DNA from: a virus
IMG/VR virus record: IMGVR_UViG_3300027804_003127
DNA: 64,000 nt
Strand: one strand, 5' to 3'
The notes below the pieces were generated by a model. It saw nothing but the letters and a program-made list of their open reading frames with translations, was not told the origin of the DNA and ran no database searches. Positions within the stretch are counted from its first letter, which is position 1. Each line of letters begins with the position of its first letter. Positions 9,166 to 19,072 of this stretch are shown here, in pieces. Both the position numbers and the translations under genes were made by a program.

Positions 9166-9600
9166 TTACTGCTTCTGGGCGTAGTACTCGACCAGCGCGT
9201 TTGACCATTCTGAATCAAAAATCAGAAGCTCTGTGCTCATGTGGCCATGGGCTGCCTTCTGAAAGTCATCATTGGACACGAAGCCTTTTTGCTTCAGTTC
9301 CGAGACTCGGTCCAGACACGAGGAGTTGAACTCCAAGGTTTCCAAAGCTTCCTCGTACGAGCAAACTTCTTTAGCGAGACTGGAAGAAGAGTTCAGGTAC
9401 CCAACAAGGATCTCGGCTTCTCGATGAGGCGAAATCCTGGTTGGTGTCTCAGTTTGGTTGAAAAAACCTCTGCTGTCCACTTGGGCTTGCTCCCCTGTGG
9501 ACACACAGCCGCCCACTAAAACAATGAATGCAATGTGTGGTAGGGCTCTCACTGAGATGATTCGTATTCGCGAATGCACATCAGAGGGAAAAGAACTCAT
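9166..9600 (-). CDS. putative lipoprotein
   Basis: IVLVGGC lipobox-like. Confidence 0.5.
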   Translation of the reverse strand: MSSFPSDVHSRIRIISVRALPHIAFIVLVGGCVSTGEQAQVDSRGFFNQTETPTRISPHREAEILVGYLNSSSSLAKEVCSYEEALETLEFNSSCLDRVSELKQKGFVSNDDFQKAAHGHMSTELLIFDSEWSNALVEYYAQKQ

Positions 9601-10294
9601 GCTTTTCTAGATTTGGTCTGTAAGTATCTGGACTGACTGGACTTAGGATATCTTGCTTTTCCCAAATTTTTTGGCAGATGGATAGATTCTTCTGCCAAGA
9701 TCCCTTGGCGAAGTCATACCGCACCATTGTCATGCTCCATCTCATTCGGAGAAGATTGGTGAGGAACCTGCCTGTTACGCCGTTTAGTGCTGGGAAGGGA
9801 CAGGTGTGCCCCCACTGAAACTGGGTGATCCACGCAGCCATGGCAGCACGACGTTGCAAGCTCATGGTGGTGAAACCACGTTCAAGAAAGTCTACGACTT
9901 CCGCATCAATTTCTTTAATCTGATCTGCCCACTGATGGATCACCTGCGGCGCCAGCTCGTGATCAAAGTCAGTTTTTAGATCAATTATTGTGTTGCCTTC
10001 GCGCCATTCGCCTGTATACTTCTCTTTGATGACGCCTTCTTCCAGAGCGCCTTCCGCGAGGATGTTATTGATGTCTCTAGCCGCCGCCATGGGGTTTAGG
10101 GGAGAATCTGATGTTGCGTGATCCCAAAGTCTGTTTGCACAGTTGGTTAAAGCAAGGGCATACCTGCGTGGAGCCACCGAAGTTCTTACCCTATTCAGTT
10201 CGTTTTCACTTACTAAATAGCCATCTATTTCTGCTGTATTAGCCAAGAAAGCACACCAATCGAGTGCTGAGGGGATATGTATATGGCGGCTCAT
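9581..10294 (-). CDS. Fic/Fido-like protein with degenerate motif
   Basis: GEWR...CPFPALNGVTGRFLTNLL versus HPFxDGNGRxxR. Confidence 0.55.
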   Translation of the reverse strand: MSRHIHIPSALDWCAFLANTAEIDGYLVSENELNRVRTSVAPRRYALALTNCANRLWDHATSDSPLNPMAAARDINNILAEGALEEGVIKEKYTGEWREGNTIIDLKTDFDHELAPQVIHQWADQIKEIDAEVVDFLERGFTTMSLQRRAAMAAWITQFQWGHTCPFPALNGVTGRFLTNLLRMRWSMTMVRYDFAKGSWQKNLSICQKIWEKQDILSPVSPDTYRPNLEKHEFFSL

Positions 10295-10431
10295 TATTTT
10301 ATTTATCGGTTCGCGCGCGAGGAGCGAGGCGAGGCGTAGAGATACGAGTCGCCCCCGCCCCGCCCCCGAATCCCGAAAACGGGAACGGGGTTAGGGAGAA
10401 CGGGATTCCGCTCAACCTAGAGGATAAAAAA

Positions 10432-11379
10432 ATGAAAGACATTGCATACGAGAACCTTCCCACCGAAACCATCAGGAGCCTTTGCGACATGGCTATCAGC
10501 AGCGGTCACGCCACGCTTATGCGACCTGAGAACAAAGAGATCCTTAAGAATGTGTCTGCACTAGACCTACGCATTCTTGCCCGACTGCGACTGTCGGGCG
10601 GCTATAACGCGAGGGAACTGTGGCGCAGCATGAAGAGCAACAAGGACGCTGCGCTCATCTTGGTCAATACCTACTTGGAGATGTCAAAGACGAACTCCTA
10701 TCTGTCTCCAGAGTTCAGGGATGACATTGACTGGGACATTCTGACTGACCCTCAGATGTGGGATCTGATGTGGAGTAATGCGCCTACTCGCAGGTTCATG
10801 CCGTCTACATACTGCATGCCAGTAACAGGCAACACTTCTTCCGTTCCCTCCTATATGGAGTGGTTTGAGAACGACCCTGTGCGTAGCGCAAAGACTTTCG
10901 CTAGTACGGACAGTTACTTTTCTGCTTTGTTTCCGCGAGAGTATTCGTCTGAAGATTCGAGGGACAAGCGCATTGACATCATCTGTAAGTCAATCGGATT
11001 CATGCACTTGTGGGATCGTGACCGTCCGCACTTTATGCGCGGTCTGCATGATGCCGCTACTTCGTACAGAAGCAGGACAGATTACTTGCCCATGTTGGAC
11101 CAGTTGATGTATACATTGTGTTGCGTCGCTCGCAAGAGTGAGGACAACATGAACATGATGAAGTCTGACATGGAATCAAAGGATTTCGCTAGGAAAACTA
11201 GGAACGAAACTCCGTGGTTCTGTAACTACATGGCTGGTCTTTGCGTTCGCAATGAAGAACTTGCCATGAAGATGGTCAAGGAGATCCCGTATCTGTTCAA
11301 GGCTCTTCCTGCTGATCTGAAGAAGCATCGTGAAGTGCGATCTCTTCGTAGGCTGCTACAGGTTGGCGGCTACATCTGA
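10432..11379 (+). CDS. hypothetical protein with DUF4116-like C-terminus
   Basis: GAGGA RBS; start after the motif. Confidence 0.7.
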   Translation: MKDIAYENLPTETIRSLCDMAISSGHATLMRPENKEILKNVSALDLRILARLRLSGGYNARELWRSMKSNKDAALILVNTYLEMSKTNSYLSPEFRDDIDWDILTDPQMWDLMWSNAPTRRFMPSTYCMPVTGNTSSVPSYMEWFENDPVRSAKTFASTDSYFSALFPREYSSEDSRDKRIDIICKSIGFMHLWDRDRPHFMRGLHDAATSYRSRTDYLPMLDQLMYTLCCVARKSEDNMNMMKSDMESKDFARKTRNETPWFCNYMAGLCVRNEELAMKMVKEIPYLFKALPADLKKHREVRSLRRLLQVGGYI

Positions 11380-11496
11380 CTCCTCTAGGTGCGGGGAGGG
11401 AGGGGTTCACCCGACTCCTCCCTCCTCGCGCCATTTTTTGTAATCTTCACGGTTTTCCTCTTGACTGTAGGTTACATTTCGTAGAATGGTGGTTCT

Positions 11497-12435
11497 ATGG
11501 GACGCAAGGCACTAGTCACGACAGGTTCTCTTGGCGCGCTATCTTTGAGCAAGGAAATCGAACTCATGATCCAACTACTCAGTTGGACTGATGAACAGAT
11601 TTACGCGGCACTCAAAATGCGGCACGGAGAACTAGACAGAGAAACAACTGTCTCTCATATCAGGGTACTGCGTAGTCGATTCCGCACGGAAGCAAAGGAG
11701 AGCGCCGACATGGAAGGGATTGCAGGAAAGGGAACTGTCACCTCTTTGGATGACATTTCAGATAAAAAACTTGTTCGATTCCCATGCGGTATCAATCACA
11801 TTGATATGTTGTGGGGATTCTCTGATGATCTCACTTCAAAGGGCTTTCCAAGAGGTCAAGTGAGCCTATTGGGAGGATCACCTGGGGTGGGTAAAACGCG
11901 AGCAATGATTGCAGTATGTGGTTCCTTGACGGAGCCGAAGAAAGGTAAAACGCTTTCCGCGTTGTATTGGCAAAATGAGTTTGCGCTTGAACAGTTTAAG
12001 ACGGTGGCTAAAGGAAAGATCAAAAAAGACGCTGCGTTTCGCTGCGGAGACATTCGTTCACTTAAAGGACAGTTGGATGAACTTTCTGCAAACAACGCAG
12101 ATTTGGTGATCGTTGATTCTGTTCAGATGCTTGATGAGGCAAAAAACCGAAATGGATTGGAAAGATGCATTGCCTCATACAAGACGGCAGCCATTCAATA
12201 TAACTGCCATGTTGTTCTTGTTACCCAGTTGAACAAAAAGGATCAGATTTCGGGTAGCAGGATTGTTGAACACCTTGTTGATTCTGTGTTTTTGGCTGTA
12301 AGAGACAGGGACACAGGAGGATTCGCCATTCGATGCACGAAGAATAGATGGGGTATGTCGGGGGTACAGGCAATGTTCCGACACAACTCCACAGGCATTG
12401 AGCCGTTTGGCGAAATCGAACTATCGGAGGAATGA
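11497..12435 (+). CDS. radA: RadA/Sms-like RecA-family ATPase (core only)
   Basis: GSPGVGKT, VIVDSVQ, EHLVD, KNRWG (KNRFG motif). Confidence 0.75.
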   Translation: MGRKALVTTGSLGALSLSKEIELMIQLLSWTDEQIYAALKMRHGELDRETTVSHIRVLRSRFRTEAKESADMEGIAGKGTVTSLDDISDKKLVRFPCGINHIDMLWGFSDDLTSKGFPRGQVSLLGGSPGVGKTRAMIAVCGSLTEPKKGKTLSALYWQNEFALEQFKTVAKGKIKKDAAFRCGDIRSLKGQLDELSANNADLVIVDSVQMLDEAKNRNGLERCIASYKTAAIQYNCHVVLVTQLNKKDQISGSRIVEHLVDSVFLAVRDRDTGGFAIRCTKNRWGMSGVQAMFRHNSTGIEPFGEIELSEE

Positions 12436-12726
12436 ATGAGTCAGACTGAAACACCAGTTAAGCCAACTGAGAACACTAGTCCATCAAAGCCGCTGCCTAG
12501 ATGGAAGGTCATTGTCCACAATGATGACATCAACACCTTTGAACACGTCATCAAGACATTCATGGAGATTGTCAAGTTGGAGCCTGAGGATGCCGTGCAG
12601 AGAACAATGGAAGTCCATCATGAAGGACTGTCTGTAGTGACTGTATCTCACAAGGAGAAGGCAGAGTTCTTGCAGGAGCAGTTGACATCAAAAAGCCTTA
12701 CTGTGACTATCGAACCTGACAAATAG
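12436..12726 (+). CDS. clpS: Clp protease adaptor ClpS
   Basis: WKVIVHNDDINTFEHV...MEVHHEG...TIEPD. Confidence 0.9.
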   Translation: MSQTETPVKPTENTSPSKPLPRWKVIVHNDDINTFEHVIKTFMEIVKLEPEDAVQRTMEVHHEGLSVVTVSHKEKAEFLQEQLTSKSLTVTIEPDK

Positions 12727-12741
12727 TCGATAGATAGTCAT

Positions 12742-12813
12742 GCGGATGTAACTCAGCGGTAGAGTCTCTGCCTTCCAAGCAGATGGTCGAGGGTTCGATC
12801 CCCTTCGTCCGCT
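12742..12813 (+). tRNA. tRNA-Gly(UCC)
   Basis: TCTGC-CT TCC AA-GCAGA; GGTTCGATCC. Confidence 0.95.
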
Positions 12814-12930
12814 TTCAATGGGGAAAGGGTCGCCTTCCCGCTCCCGAATCCCGAAAACGGGAACGCGGTTAGGGAGGTGGCGAACTCCAGCGGGGAGTTT
12901 CCATAATGCAAATCGTTTCGGAGTAATGTA

Positions 12931-13953
12931 ATGAATCTCATTGAGCGCATTCGTCGTAATCGTAAGACTGGCATCCCTACCTTCATCTTTGGCGCGCCAG
13001 GTGTCGGCAAGTCACAGATGGTTCATCAGGCTGCTGATGGTGATGCCGTCATTGATGTCCGTCTGTCCATGCTTGATCCTGTGGATCTGCGTGGTCTGCC
13101 TACTGTCCGCAATGGCGCGGATGGAGCGTCCCATGTTGAGTGGGCGCGTCCCGAGTTCATCCCTGCTACGGGCAAGGGCATCATCTTCTTTGATGAGTTG
13201 AACACCGCTTCGGCGGCTGTGCAGAATGCTGCACTCCAACTCATTCTTGATCGCAAGTGTGGTCCGCATAAGTTGGGCGATGGTTGGTACATCGTCGCAG
13301 CGGGCAACAAGGCTTCTCACAAGGCTCATGTCAATCCGCTTTCTGCTCCCCTGCGTAATCGCTTCTCTGTTGTCGAGTATGAGCCGACCGTTGAAGCGTG
13401 GACTCGTTGGGCTGCTAGTAGCGGCATCCATGACGATGTGATTGGCTTCCTTAACTTCCGACCTGGACTTCTGTGTACTGAACCGAAGGACGAATACGCC
13501 AACTTTGCTTCTCCGCGTAGTTGGGAGCGTGTTTCGGTCTGCTTGCAGAACGGCATGGACGAGAGCGATGACATTGCTCCTCTTGTGGGCAAGGGTGCGT
13601 CTGCGGAGTTCGACGCTTATCGTCGGGAGATCCGCGATATGCCCGACATCGACTCGCTCATTGCGAAGAAGTCGGAGTTCAAGGAGAATCCGAAGAAGAT
13701 CAGCATTTCGTACGCGGTTGCTATGGCTCTCGCTTCTCGCCTCACTAGGGGAGAGAAGAAGTGGGTCACGCAGAATGTCAATCGCTGCTGCGAGATCGTT
13801 TCGGGTCTTTCGCCCGAGATCGCGTGTCTGTTCTTTGTGCGTACTCTCACTAGCGATCCTCATGTGAAGTCTGCTGTGTGCGATGCTTCTGCCGCTCACA
13901 AGTGGGTTCTGACGCATGAGAAGTTGCTGACGAAGTACGGCATCAAGAAGTAA
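12931..13953 (+). CDS. MoxR-like AAA+ ATPase
   Basis: GAPGVGKS, IIFFDELN, AAGN, PLRNRF, SPRSW. Confidence 0.9.
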   Translation: MNLIERIRRNRKTGIPTFIFGAPGVGKSQMVHQAADGDAVIDVRLSMLDPVDLRGLPTVRNGADGASHVEWARPEFIPATGKGIIFFDELNTASAAVQNAALQLILDRKCGPHKLGDGWYIVAAGNKASHKAHVNPLSAPLRNRFSVVEYEPTVEAWTRWAASSGIHDDVIGFLNFRPGLLCTEPKDEYANFASPRSWERVSVCLQNGMDESDDIAPLVGKGASAEFDAYRREIRDMPDIDSLIAKKSEFKENPKKISISYAVAMALASRLTRGEKKWVTQNVNRCCEIVSGLSPEIACLFFVRTLTSDPHVKSAVCDASAAHKWVLTHEKLLTKYGIKK

Positions 13954-14038
13954 GTCTCCCCGCATGGTGGAGGGGGAGGGGCGCAAGCCTCTCCCCCTTC
14001 CCGCTCCCGAAACCCGAAAACGGGAACGAGGTAAGAGC

Positions 14039-15292
14039 ATGGCAAAGAAAACCAAGAACAACACCACCACGGCAGTCGCAGCATCGTTCGCAACCGAGCA
14101 GGAGATCAATCTGCTCCGCGAGAGAATGAAGGGCATCGTGTTTCGGATGTACCGCTTCTTTCCGTTCTTTGGACTCCTTGTTGAGAACTGCAAGGTGTCC
14201 ATTGTTGACGGCAAGAAGAAGGGTGTCCCTACCGCCTGTGTTGACCGTCACGGCAACATCTCGTTCGACAAGGACTTCTTCTCTAGCCTGACTGACGATC
14301 AGGCTTTGTTCGTCCTTGCACATGAGATTGTCCACGCTGCATTCTCTCACATTGATCGTCGTTCTACGCGGGAGCCTTTCCTGTGGAATGTGGCGATTGA
14401 CTACGCGACCAATCTGCTTCTCGCTGACAACTTCTCCGAGAGCAAGTATGTCCCGCAGGATATCCTTCTTGATCGCAAGTACGAGGGCATGACTGCGGAG
14501 CAGATTTACGAGGACATCCGCAAGAGCGCCAAGAAGGTCAAGGTTTACACCATGCAGGGTGATCTTGACTACGAGGGCGGCGATAGCGATGACAATGGTG
14601 ATGGTGATGGTGAGGACGGCGATAGCATTGTCATCCGTGAGCGTAGAGCGGACAAGAAGGAGAGCGAGCAGGGATGGGATAACGCTATCGCGCTTGCTCA
14701 TGCCCGAGCCAAGATGCAGGGCGATATGCCCGAGTCTCTTGATCGTGCCGTGACGAGCAAGTTGCAGAGCCGTGTTGATTGGCGTGAAGCCTTGAAGCAG
14801 TATCTCCGATTCGGAGTAACTCGCATCTTGCGCGATCACTACACCTTCATGCCGCCCAACCGTAGGTTGATCCATCAGAACATCTATATGCCGTCCATGT
14901 ACGGCAACGATGCTCCCAAGATCGGCTTCGCGGTTGACACTTCGGGGTCGATGGGCGAGGATGAAATGTCCGCTGCTGTTGCAGAGATTGACGAGATTCG
15001 TCGACAGTTCAACTGTCCGCTCTATGTTGTCGATTGCGATGCAGAGGTTCATGTGGGTCGTTGGCTTGCGCCTTGTGAAGAGTGTCCTACTTCGTTCAAG
15101 GGTGGCGGCGGCACAGATTTCCGTCCTGTGTTCAAGCACATTGATGACAACAAGGTTCCTGTTGATATCATGGTCTATCTGACCGATGGATACGGAGAGT
15201 TTGGCGATGAGCCTGAATGCGATGTTCTGTGGCTGACTACCACGAATGTCAAGCCTCCGTATGGTGAACACATCCAAATCGGAGTCGGCTGA
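14039..15292 (+). CDS. metallopeptidase-like + VWA domain protein (DUF2201-type)
   Basis: HEIVH, WNVAIDY, VDTSGSM, GGGGTDF, YLTDGYG; ATG directly after the motif. Confidence 0.85.
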   Translation: MAKKTKNNTTTAVAASFATEQEINLLRERMKGIVFRMYRFFPFFGLLVENCKVSIVDGKKKGVPTACVDRHGNISFDKDFFSSLTDDQALFVLAHEIVHAAFSHIDRRSTREPFLWNVAIDYATNLLLADNFSESKYVPQDILLDRKYEGMTAEQIYEDIRKSAKKVKVYTMQGDLDYEGGDSDDNGDGDGEDGDSIVIRERRADKKESEQGWDNAIALAHARAKMQGDMPESLDRAVTSKLQSRVDWREALKQYLRFGVTRILRDHYTFMPPNRRLIHQNIYMPSMYGNDAPKIGFAVDTSGSMGEDEMSAAVAEIDEIRRQFNCPLYVVDCDAEVHVGRWLAPCEECPTSFKGGGGTDFRPVFKHIDDNKVPVDIMVYLTDGYGEFGDEPECDVLWLTTTNVKPPYGEHIQIGVG

Positions 15293-15429
15293 CCGCCGAT
15301 CCCGAATCCCGAAAACGGGAACGCGGTTGAAGAGACAGCCCCCTGCGGAGGCGTTCTCCGCAGGGGTACTTCAAAACGCTGCAAACCGATCAATGGTGAT
15401 CGAAAGGCAGCATAAAAGGAGTATAGCAG

Positions 15430-16149
15430 ATGCCTACTAATGGCAACAATGGAAGCAGCGCAACGGGCGTTGCTATGGGAGTCGATGAGATTGGTGCGCT
15501 TGTGCGTACCGCGCTCTCCAAGAGCGGGTCTACGAACTCGCTCAAGAAGGGCAACACCGTGATGCACCCTGCACAGGCTACGAAGGATGAAGTCGTTGTT
15601 GACGGACTCCGTGGCAATCAGTATTGCATCAATGGACTCGTCATGCTGACGGGTGATGTGACGATTGATCCGATGCAGGAAGGCATTGCCGAGCGCCTTG
15701 ATCGGATCAAGTTGGTCGCTGAAGCCACTCTTGACATCCTCAAGAATGGCGGGGTGCTTACGCAGGCGAACATCGAAGCCAAGATGCGCGACCTGTGGAA
15801 CCTCTACGCGACGAACAGCAGGGTGAAGCAGCCTACCTCCGAGCAGTTTGACGAACTGCTTGGCGAGGCATTCTCCACCACGCATCGTGATGCGATGCTT
15901 ACTCCGACTTCCTACACCACGAAGAAGGGCAACTTTGTTGTCCGCGATCTCAAGGTGCAGGTTGTCGCAGCCTCTTCCGATGTGTCTCCCAATGCGGGAA
16001 ACATCATCGGCATCGACGCTCTCAACGCGAAGGATCAGGCGACTTTCGGTTCGCTTGTGAACATCGTCGCCGTGCCGAAGGTCGCACAGACTGTCTCCGT
16101 CGTTGGCGGTTCTACGCAACTCAAGAAGAGTTCGCGTAAGAAGGTCTGA
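15430..16149 (+). CDS. hypothetical protein
   Basis: AAGGAG RBS, 239 aa. Confidence 0.75.
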   Translation: MPTNGNNGSSATGVAMGVDEIGALVRTALSKSGSTNSLKKGNTVMHPAQATKDEVVVDGLRGNQYCINGLVMLTGDVTIDPMQEGIAERLDRIKLVAEATLDILKNGGVLTQANIEAKMRDLWNLYATNSRVKQPTSEQFDELLGEAFSTTHRDAMLTPTSYTTKKGNFVVRDLKVQVVAASSDVSPNAGNIIGIDALNAKDQATFGSLVNIVAVPKVAQTVSVVGGSTQLKKSSRKKV

Positions 16150-16432
16150 TAAAAACCACCTACCTGTGGGGGTGGAGGCTTGTCCTCCACCCCTGCGGGT
16201 AAATAAAAAAAGTTGGTTCTTAAGATGATAGAACCCTTCCCGCTCCCGAAACCCGAAAACTGGAGCGAAGTTAGAAAGGGTCAGAGAAGAAGTTAGAAAA
16301 AAGTTTCTAATATCTACGAATCAGTCTTGACAAAGAAACTTATTCGTATAATCTTCTCCTGTAAACCAAAACTGCCACAGGTTTACTAGCATTCATCACA
16401 GGTAGGCAGATTTCATTAAAGGAGTTTCCATA

Positions 16433-17053
16433 ATGGGAACGAAGAACAGCGCGGTACTGACCGCAACGCCCGCAGACATCATCTCTCGCAAGATCGGCAT
16501 TTCCCGTGACACCTTCATTGCTGCGATCAACTCGACGCGCAATGAACTCACCTCGCACCTCAACTCGCTTTCGACATTCGCTACGCAGATGGGTGTTGAG
16601 TCGGACAGCACCGCTAGTGCAGAAACGCCTCGCCGTGGTCGCCCGAAGGGTTCCAAGAACAAGGCGGCTGTCAAGTCGGGACGCAAGGGCGCTGCTCGCA
16701 AGAGCGGTCGCGTGGGTCGCCCGAAGGGTTCGGGCGGCGGTACTGCTACGAAGGCGGCGGGTGGTAAGCGCGGTCGCAAGGCGAAGTCTGACAGCGGCGT
16801 TACGCTGCGTCAGGCGGTCGAGAACATCGTCCGTGGCGCAAACGGTTCGGTTGCGATCTCCGACATCGTTGACGCTCTTCCCTCGCAGGGTGTGAGCAAC
16901 AAGGGCAAGAATGTTGCGACGATGGTTTCGCAGGTTCTTGGCAAGTTGGTCAAGACCAAGAGCGTGACCCGTCCCGAGCGCGGCAAGTACGAGTGGTCTG
17001 CCTCTCGCGCTCCTGTCGTGACCGATGCGGTGATCGAAACCGAGAACGCCTAA
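16433..17053 (+). CDS. basic nucleoid/histone-like DNA-binding protein (AT-hooks + wHTH-like end)
   Basis: RRGRPKGS, GRPKGS, K/R/G-rich linker; C-terminal SQVLGKLVK...RPERGKY. Confidence 0.7.
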   Translation: MGTKNSAVLTATPADIISRKIGISRDTFIAAINSTRNELTSHLNSLSTFATQMGVESDSTASAETPRRGRPKGSKNKAAVKSGRKGAARKSGRVGRPKGSGGGTATKAAGGKRGRKAKSDSGVTLRQAVENIVRGANGSVAISDIVDALPSQGVSNKGKNVATMVSQVLGKLVKTKSVTRPERGKYEWSASRAPVVTDAVIETENA

Positions 17054-17073
17054 ATAGGCGGCTGAACAGATCA

Positions 17074-17108
17074 CAGGGTGGGCGGCTCCGTGTCGCCCAC
17101 CCTGTTTT
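17074..17108 (+). terminator. intrinsic terminator
   Basis: ACAGGGTGGGCG...CGCCCACCCTGT then TTT. Confidence 0.7.
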
Positions 17109-17167
17109 CCATCTTTTGTAACTTTTTTTTCGCTTTTTTGCCTGTCACAACACTTTTTTGAATAGAA

Positions 17168-17386
17168 ATGGCACGGATGCTATTTGCTCAAGTAAGACAG
17201 TCCACGCAGACTATTTGCAACGGCTTGTTTTGGGACGGCATCAAGGGAGTTATAGTTCATGCTACTGAGCGTGAAGGAAAAACTCTTTGCGGTAAAAAAG
17301 TAAAAGATGCTTCATACGGATGGTATGACTGCATCGAACACTCTGAAGTCACTTGCCCTGAGTGTAAATCAAAAATATCCCCGTAA
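17168..17386 (+). CDS. small Cys-containing protein
   Basis: H...TLCG...VTCPEC. Confidence 0.55.
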   Translation: MARMLFAQVRQSTQTICNGLFWDGIKGVIVHATEREGKTLCGKKVKDASYGWYDCIEHSEVTCPECKSKISP

Positions 17387-17451
17387 CTCAGTTGGATAGT
17401 CGAGATATAAACATATGTCGCTGTAACTCAGTTGGATAGAGTAACTGCCTT

Positions 17452-18044
17452 TAAGTAATAGGAGCCTTCGTGTGGAATATTGAGAAGGTCATCAAAAAAG
17501 GAGATTATTTATACGCTAAAGTAAGCAATCATCCAAAAGCCACTAAAAATGGCTATGTGTTGATGCACAGAATAGTTGTAGAAAATAATCTTCAAAGACT
17601 TCTCAATGCAGATGAAGTTGTACATCATAGAGATGGCAACAAGAAAAACAACAAGATAGAAAATCTTGAAGTTAAAAACTTTGCAGATCATGCTAGACTT
17701 CATGGGCAAGAACAGTTAGCAGTAATGGTAAGTTTGAAATGTCCTTCTTGCAAGAATGCGTTTACAAGAAGAAAAACTCAAACACACCTTTCAAAAAAAG
17801 GTACATGGACTGCTTGCTCTCCTTCTTGCCGTGGAAAGTTTAGTAGGCTTATGCAACTTCATGGAAGAACACACGAAGTGGATCTGGCTATTTCGGAGAA
17901 CATCCTAAATATTTATTTAGGACAACTCCGAGCAAACCGTGATGACGGGATGCGTAGAGACTATACGCCAGACGCCTGAAATGGCGAAGAAATAGTCCAG
18001 ACTACAACAGGTTTTACCTGGCTAGAGTAATCTAGAGTAGTACG
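17452..18044 (+). mobile_element. group I intron in tRNA-Arg
   Basis: U before the 5' site, terminal G, GAGACTA...GAAGAAATAGTCC (R/S) core. Confidence 0.85.
17470..17979 (+). CDS. intron-encoded HNH homing endonuclease
   Basis: HRIVVE...VHHRDGNKKNNKIENL. Confidence 0.9.
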   Translation: MWNIEKVIKKGDYLYAKVSNHPKATKNGYVLMHRIVVENNLQRLLNADEVVHHRDGNKKNNKIENLEVKNFADHARLHGQEQLAVMVSLKCPSCKNAFTRRKTQTHLSKKGTWTACSPSCRGKFSRLMQLHGRTHEVDLAISENILNIYLGQLRANRDDGMRRDYTPDA

Positions 18045-18095
18045 CTAAGCAGTAAGTCGGTGGTTCGAGTCCACCCAGCGACGCTTTAAAGGAGA

Positions 18096-18332
18096 ATGAA
18101 AATGTTTGTGCCACTTTCCGAACTTGTATTTGTGCCATTGGATACGATTGCTAGAATCTCGTTCTTTGGTCAACAGGCGCGTGTAGAGTTTAAGCCGTAT
18201 GAGGCTGATGGCACTCATGTGGAGATCCTTGATGGAGAGGACGCTCAAAGGTTGTTTCAGTTTGTTATGAACTCCTTGCCCGAGCAGTTCCGCAGTAGCA
18301 GCATCAGTCAAGCATCTCGTCACGGTCACTAA
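18096..18332 (+). CDS. hypothetical protein
   Basis: AAGGAG RBS. Confidence 0.55.
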   Translation: MKMFVPLSELVFVPLDTIARISFFGQQARVEFKPYEADGTHVEILDGEDAQRLFQFVMNSLPEQFRSSSISQASRHGH

Positions 18333-18415
18333 CCGCTTGACATTAGCCAAAAATGTGATACCATCACGATGTAATGGATTGGTTTCATTGCACGATTTAG
18401 TTAAAGGAGTTTAAT

Positions 18416-18694
18416 ATGACGCAGTTGATGAATAGTACCGCACGATTCAATGAGATGCCTAATCTTAAAAGGGCGCATGGATGGGTCTTTCCCCCAAGCC
18501 CTGTAACTAACGGCATTCTTGTTGGCATGAATGATGCAATGGCACTTGAACTTGTATCGCTCATTCGTGAGTGCTGCACAGACGAAAATGGTCGTCCACT
18601 TGCTGATGGGGCAAATGCCGACCTGATTACTTTTGCTTCTAGGCTGGAGCAAAACATCACGATCAAGGCATCTCGCAAGAATGACCGAGAATAA
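18416..18694 (+). CDS. hypothetical protein
   Basis: AAGGAG RBS; TTGACA-16-TACCAT at 18337. Confidence 0.65.
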   Translation: MTQLMNSTARFNEMPNLKRAHGWVFPPSPVTNGILVGMNDAMALELVSLIRECCTDENGRPLADGANADLITFASRLEQNITIKASRKNDRE

Positions 18695-18732
18695 AAAAGG
18701 AGTTGTCCGATATAGAATGTAAGTTCTATATC

Positions 18733-19072
18733 GGGGCTGAAAGGATTAGACTGGACGGATACTGATTGCGACTGCACGCCGAGTTTAGTGGGAACTTGTA
18801 AAACTCACTAAAACAAAAACGCCAACTCTTTTAGAATGGCTGCTTGAAAAAGCAAAGTAAGATAAGACGCATCGGTAGTCTTACTTTTAAAACAGATGCA
18901 AAACACCGCACTTTACTACCTCTCTCCAAAGGCGGTGTAGGAAATATTATAGATGAGAGGTCTGTGATGCACTCTAGTGCGATGACTGCATCACGCGGAG
19001 GGATCGCACTAAAGCGTGTAGAAGGTCCGACAGAGAAGTTTCAGCACAGGGGTTCGATTCCCCTCGGCTCCA
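18733..19072 (+). ncRNA. ssrA: tmRNA, tag ANSFRMAA (18821-18847)
   Basis: GGGGCTGA..GGATT.GAC 5' end; GGTTCGATTCCCCTCGGCTCCA 3' end; tag ends AA-stop. Confidence 0.9.

Larger units (their letters stand above)
17417..18083 (+). tRNA. tRNA-Arg(UCU), exons 17417-17451 and 18045-18083
   Basis: GTCGCTG/CAGCGAC acceptor; ACTGC-CTT|CTAA-GCAGT. Confidence 0.85.

Noticed and set aside
13012-17074. Long minus-strand ORFs (13012..14214, 13943..15277, 15175..16119, 16340..17074; also 3113..4114 and 31106..32521)
   Set aside because: Antisense shadows of well-supported + strand genes.
18045-18083. Amber suppressor tRNA (CUA) or stop-codon recoding
   Set aside because: A 7-nt loop requires CTT|CTAA, giving UCU; TAG and TGA end many well-supported genes.
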